This document shows, piece by piece, positions 58,155-64,000 of a stretch of DNA of 64,000 bases (positions are counted from its first letter, which is position 1; each line of letters opens with the position of its first letter). Source of the DNA: Azolla caroliniana (lineage: Eukaryota > Plantae > Polypodiophyta); assembly GCA_043228905.1 (NCBI GenBank), contig JBHGNT010000001.1, positions 29,884,001-29,948,000 of the forward strand. The letters are read 5' to 3'. The notes under the pieces were generated by a model, which was not told where the DNA came from, ran no database searches, and saw nothing but the letters and a program-made list of their open reading frames with translations. A program made the translations under genes and the position numbers.

Positions 58155-59560
58155 TTAAAGCACAAAGTCTGTGTGTGTGAATAAAGCATACACATATGAG
58201 CTCAACATTCTCAGTGGTGTCTTAAGTATTGCACTTAAGTTATCACTCCCTCTTAGTATGTCAACATACCTTGAACGAATTGCACTATATGTTGAGCATG
58301 TGAAGAGCAAGTGACATTCATCCTCTACCATGCCTTCATTGCATACTTTGCATGTCTTCAAATTCATTACGTTTTGATACCATGATGCAACTTCAATACC
58401 TAACTTGTGAGATCGAGTGTGAAGTAGTGTAAGGGCTCTACGAGCATTACTACTCATATTGGTAATGAGATAAGGTTGGATACGATCAATAGGCATTCTT
58501 GCTTTATATTGGGACCAACATTCAGGGTTGACATTTGCAATGTAGTATTCTAGCTTTCTCCTCTTAGCATCATCCCACTTCATCCTTAATGATTCCACCA
58601 ACCTTTCCCCAATCATTACATACTGCATAGCATTACCTGAAAGCTCTAAAAGATCATCCACACCCCATCTTCCAAACCATTTCCTCATGTCAACAACACA
58701 ATTGGATGAGAAAATCTTACTTTTATGATTCTTTTATAGCTTATATCCGACATTCCAACCAAGATGTGGTAATGAATGATTCGACATATTCTTGACTTTT
58801 GTAATGTATTTATATACTCTTTGGAGTGCCAATAGTTCTATGGGTCGAACACCTATTTCTAAGAGCATAACCTGGTAAGAGGTAGTGCACTTAACTCCTA
58901 ATTGCCTCCTTAAAAACATCTTTCGAATTTTCTCAATCTCATTCCTTGCATTAAGAGAGATGGTGCGACCCCATACTTCTACTCCATAAAGCAATACTTG
59001 AGTTAGCATGGCATTGAACAACATTAGTTTTACTTCCCATCCACATGTATCACTTTGGTTGCATTGGTTCTCCAAAAGGTAATACGATTTCCAACCAGCT
59101 TGGCACCTAGAATCAAAGCATGCACTCCATTTATTTGTGGCGGGTACATCAATACCAATATATTTAAAGCTTTGAACAAATTGTATATGTTCACCTCTGT
59201 ATGTGAGCATAGGGTAATGATGAGGTTGGATGGTTTGCACTACCATCGTTTTTGTTTTCTCCACATTCACTGCTAGTCCACTATGGCAAAATTCTTCTAA
59301 TACCCCAAGTAAATTTTGCATACTATCAACATCATATGAGAAGAGTACCACATCATCTGCATATAGAAGCAATAATAACATGTTGCATCAATTTGGGGGC
59401 TTTCAATCCTTCTTGTCGTGCAACCTTATTCACCACTTCTTCTAATTTATCAACACATAAGCCAAAGAGTGTGGGTGATAGTGGACATCCTTGCTTGACC
59501 CACATATTACTTAAAAAGTGCTTTGAGAATCCACTATCCATTTTTTGTTGGCAACATACT
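58155..59560 (-). mobile_element. 5'-truncated degenerate LINE (RT and C-terminal zinc finger)
   Basis: VKQGCPLSPTLFGL, LLYADDVVL, GLAVNVEKTK, FKYIG and CKVC...EDECHLLFTC across frameshifted ORFs. Confidence 0.9.
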
Positions 59561-61985
59561 CCAACGATTTTGTCAGTGAGTAACTTTCTACAATCTTATA
59601 AGAAGGTAATATCTATCTTATAGTTCAAATATAGCATGGGGTTATGCATTAATTTGGGTAGCAATAGGAAAGTTATGTTTATAAAATGGGCAATTATGAT
59701 ATAATATGAATTGGTTTGGTAAAAGTGGAAAGGGAATAGTTAGACCCAAGTAAAACATAATCGTAACCAAGGAGAATGATATGTTAGAGGAAACTTGTGT
59801 TTCTCTCGCAATAGTCCATTGCCACATCAACTTCTTTTTTGGTTTCATAGTAGTTTCGGCCCAAGCCTAAGCCCTCCTAGAGAGAAGGAATTACAACGTA
59901 ACATATTACCATCCAAATGATTATCATAGGCATGAATAATTACTCAAAGGGGACAACTATTGAGAAGGTACAACGTCTTCAAGAAAATGTAAGATTGCAA
60001 GGTTAATAGATGGTGATAGCAATGGTTGGACTACAAACCTCTTGTTGAACATTCATAGACTTTTGATGTTTGGGTATATGTTGATTGAAATAAACTACCT
60101 TAAATTTATTTGACATAAGGTGCTTTAGTCATGGCATGTGGCAATTGTAGGTGGTTTCAAGCATTTACATTGATCAATTGAGCTCATATTGCAATGAATT
60201 TATAGTATATTAAAAGTCTCGATGAAAATACTTCGTGCTTTTTAGCCTTATTTTTTCAATTTGTATGTTGTTCTACTATGTCATAAGGCACTAAGCTTGT
60301 TAGCTTAAAAACATTTTCAACTCATTTTTTGTTAATTTGTGCTTTGTTGCCTATTCTATTTCAATGTGTGAGAATCATTGCTTGGTATATGTCCTCGTGT
60401 GAAGGGTCATGATCCTCGTGGACATGACACATTATTGGTGTCTACATTTTGCTATGCTAATTCTTTTCCACTTTTAGTATGCATTGACAAATAACCTTAC
60501 TATTTTTCAAGAGATCATTCTAACGCAAGATGTTCAAAACTTGGCATTATAGAAAAACAATGTTTGAAGATGGGAGAAAATGGAGGATGTAAATTATAAC
60601 CACAAATAAACACATATGGTTTTCTCATATTATTAGAATGGGTAGGTTCACATCAAGTTTTACACAATAATTTCTATTAGAAACCCGAAGACAAAGGTTA
60701 TATATGGTTCATGGATTGTGTGAATCAACATGCACGAGAGGAGTTTGTTTTAAATTTAAAGATGTGAAATAAAAGCAATTCAAGTAGCACAACTCAAGTG
60801 TGTTCAAATGAGTCAAGTTTATGGATTGCATATAAGCCAAGATTACGTTGACTTATGCATCGGATACAACATTAGTACTTGCCCATAACTTATAAGTGAC
60901 CATCAATACATGATACAACATTGTGCAAAAAGCAAAATCTTGACATTTATCTATACACTTTTTCCTTCTTCAAATCCACTTATAACTCAATCTTATGGAA
61001 GTCATAGAATAAACCAAAGTCACCCACATATTCCTATGTTAGCCTTGATAAATCAACAATGTATACCCAATGAATAGGGCATCCTCGCTTTCTTTGATGA
61101 ACGCAAGAGACGGGGAAGATAAATTACAACTGTTTCATGGCTGAAATATAGCCTCTTATAATTACAAAGAGTTAAAATGCCTAGAGAACAAGATAGAGCA
61201 TTTTAAGAGCACATTGGACTTGAGGAACCTTAAACAATATAACATTCTTAAATCAACTAGCAATAGATACTAACCTTGGCATTGTATTTGCTGCCACCTA
61301 TTAGAAGATGAGATGTAATGAGATATTACATAAGGCAGAGATTGCCGTGGAGGAGCACTACGTTATTATGATATGCACAAAAGTAGTTGCTGCTTTAATA
61401 AAAAAGAGATATCAACATCTAGTTGAAGTCGATGACTATCCAGATCATAGAAGATTTTGGCTCTATCCTCTAAAGATTTGTGGACTTACAGTGATCGCTA
61501 TTAAAAGTGCACTCCAATAGCACATCAGTCAAAGAAATTTACATGGGGGTTGGCCAGCAAACTACAAAGCATGCAAGCAAACCACCCCTTATTAAAATGT
61601 CTTCACTTGCGAAAGTCATGAAGTTGGGCATCAATCGCATCTTAGAAACATGCTCACATAGAAGGAGATTGATGCTGTAGGGCAACAATCCATGTTGGAT
61701 TTTCAAGGTTTGATTCATGTAACCCTGTTATGTTATTGGTGAAACAATTTTACCTCATTTTTGTCTTGTATGACTAGATTCTATAGATTATAGAGTTTAA
61801 ACCTTTTGGCATTTTGTTGTTTTCAGTCACACCTCAAATTAGTAGTGCAATTGTGCAAATACAAGTGAATAAAAAAATCAGAATGTACAATGCAATTTAT
61901 AATTACTCCATGAACTTTTGGTACATCTACATTGTCCAAATCCTTCATCACCAGCTTTCTCACTTACTGCAAACAAAGAGTTGAC

Positions 61986-63698
61986 CTAATCTCTATCTGA
62001 GAGTCGAAGACCCATAAGAATATGCAAACAAAGAGCTAGACAAATACTCGCCAAAATAAAAGATTTTGCAGCAACATCCTTGTAGCTCCCTTGCAATTGC
62101 CCAAATGGATGATCTAAAAGTACATGCCTTTTCACCTTGTTCCAACTTTCATGTGCGTAGAATCGTAAATAACTACTAATTGTTGTTGTAATGACTTGTA
62201 AGAATGATCTCATAGCTTCATAACTCATTTTTCCAGCCATATCCACTGCAAGCTCACGATTACTTGGGATAGCTAAAGTCCTTGAAACCCCTTCAATAAA
62301 TGTTTGCATTCCTCCCCTATCTCCAGTATCTATTTCATGATTGTTATTTACAATCAGATCTCCTAAGCTTGATTCCCTACTGATGCATTCTGGAAGACTC
62401 TGGAGTTCAGGTATAACTTCACCTACGTGTGTGGTCTCCATTGATGACGACGATATCTGGTGTTGGTGTTGGTGTTGGTGTTGTGAAGAGAAACGAGGAG
62501 AGTATTTCTCGACTTTCCATTTATACTTCTGCCCTTCATGCCTCTGTGCCAATGCATTCTTTTCATTGAAAAGAACAGTATATGAAGTCCTGACAAATGT
62601 TTCTATCGCACCATTGCAAAGAGAAGTCAAAACATCTTTCATTTTATCTTTATGCAATGGATTGGTAATGCCAGCCACCATATCGTCATAGAAGTTCACA
62701 TCCTTAGTTTTTTCTATGTAGATGGTCACAGCTGTACTAATAAAGATTTGTATGCACTCAGTGATCAAAGCCCTGCATTTCTCATTGGCCATAACATCCA
62801 GAAACTTAGAATTTAATGGCTTTTTCTCTGCATCTTTTCCTGCTTTGAACTGACTGTTTGATGGCAATATGCCACCCAGGCTTTGTGCAGATTCTTTTGA
62901 AAATCCATCGAAGAAAGCTAGCACAAAATTCCTTGCAATGGCTCCAGCAACAGCTGACACAAACCCTACAGCAGGATCACTGAGCAACTTTGAGAGAATC
63001 CTGTCTGACAATTCCTCAGAAGCTTTCTTTCCTTTCTGTCTAAAGCTTACAGGTTCATAATTAGATCCAACAGAGTAACATTTTTGGGTTTGCTCCTCGT
63101 AATCACATGCAGATTCCTCTAGATTTGACAATCCAGGGCCTTCTAATTCATGCTCCAATGAGCCATAGTTGAAATATCCACTCGATTCTTCTTCATTCTT
63201 GGTGACAAAGCAAACCTCTCTTATTTCTCTGCATGCCACATCTTCATTGAGAGAACCGCTATCCCTAGCCCCATGCATAGTCCTTAAACTATCAATATTA
63301 GGGACTTCAGATCCATGATTTTTTTTTGACTTCAAACCTTGCAAGAGGCCGCGAGTAAGAGCGGCAGAGAGAACTGTGGCTGTTTCCTGAAACTCATGAC
63401 ATTGACCTAACTTGAAAGCTTGCCTTAGGCTACGTGGCACAGTATCTTCATCAGATGATAAAAATTCTTTCAAATCCTTGGAAATTAAGGATATTGATTC
63501 AGCACTTTCAGATATGGCTTTGCCAAAGAGAGACATAGTGTTCATGATCTGAAGCAACTTTCTGCGCCTCTGAACAAATGCTGAAGAATTGTATAAACGA
63601 TAAGATGCATAACCACTTGCCACGATCACCACTGCAGCAAACAATACCTTGCGGTGACGGGTACGGTTTCCCAAGAAAAGGGACATTGTTTTTGGCAC
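61986..63698 (-). CDS. PHLOEM PROTEIN 2-LIKE A10-type membrane protein
   Basis: 570-aa single ORF: N-terminal TM with SGYASYRLY, SKDLKEFLSSDEDTVPRSLRQ, GFVSAVAGAIARNFV, STAVTIYIEKTKDVNFYDD, VLTSLCNGAIETFVRTS, C-terminal TM. Family recognised from memory. First ATG in the ORF is at 63686. Confidence 0.75.
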   Translation of the reverse strand: MPKTMSLFLGNRTRHRKVLFAAVVIVASGYASYRLYNSSAFVQRRRKLLQIMNTMSLFGKAISESAESISLISKDLKEFLSSDEDTVPRSLRQAFKLGQCHEFQETATVLSAALTRGLLQGLKSKKNHGSEVPNIDSLRTMHGARDSGSLNEDVACREIREVCFVTKNEEESSGYFNYGSLEHELEGPGLSNLEESACDYEEQTQKCYSVGSNYEPVSFRQKGKKASEELSDRILSKLLSDPAVGFVSAVAGAIARNFVLAFFDGFSKESAQSLGGILPSNSQFKAGKDAEKKPLNSKFLDVMANEKCRALITECIQIFISTAVTIYIEKTKDVNFYDDMVAGITNPLHKDKMKDVLTSLCNGAIETFVRTSYTVLFNEKNALAQRHEGQKYKWKVEKYSPRFSSQHQHQHQHQISSSSMETTHVGEVIPELQSLPECISRESSLGDLIVNNNHEIDTGDRGGMQTFIEGVSRTLAIPSNRELAVDMAGKMSYEAMRSFLQVITTTISSYLRFYAHESWNKVKRHVLLDHPFGQLQGSYKDVAAKSFILASICLALCLHILMGLRLSDRD

Positions 63699-64000
63699 AA
63701 AAACCCTTGGTTTTCTTGTCAGAGAGTCATCCTAATGTTTATCTTTACCTTCAATCTAGTGAGGAATAACTTATGTTTCTATGAATATTCAATAGCCATG
63801 TTGGAATTAGTGTTGAAGATGCATTCCAGATTTCTATGAGAATATGATTGCAAAAAGACTTGAAAGGCATTTAGGATGTTTGTGTTTTTTTATGAACATG
63901 GTAGATTTTTATGAAGATATGATAGCAGCCAAAAATGTTTTGAATCTGTGCCAAAACAACATAGAACTCTGTATAGATCCAACTGCCATTGAATGTTTTT

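Overview
This is AT-rich eukaryotic land-plant DNA, most likely from a non-seed vascular plant such as a compact-genome fern (inference). It holds about nine host genes: a LIP1/LIP2-type lipase (partial), RPS14/uS11, cytosolic glutamyl-tRNA synthetase, an nsLTP, NUS1/LEW1, an ENPP phosphodiesterase, a ZNF330/NOA36 homolog, an Ole e 1-family protein and a PP2-like A10 homolog, plus LINE debris. The centre (22418-~41305) is a four-level nest of mobile elements: Ty1/copia > Ty3/gypsy chromovirus > 10.2-kb TIR DNA transposon > 788-bp solo-LTR-like insert. The DNA transposon is the most notable feature (24818-35055, 36-bp TIRs, AAGT target duplication that splits the gypsy RT exactly). It carries a Sola-like DDD transposase. 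Divergently it carries a six-exon gene for a ParB/Srx-like domain fused to a bacterial-type beta-class DNA amino-methyltransferase (DIPY ... NPYQKP ... DLFSGTGTT). Nine 20-27-bp palindromes lie in the first intron of that gene. This copy has decayed (stops, frameshifts), but the architecture suggests a plant transposon family with its own 6mA/4mC writer. All calls come from reading the sequence by eye; no searches were run.
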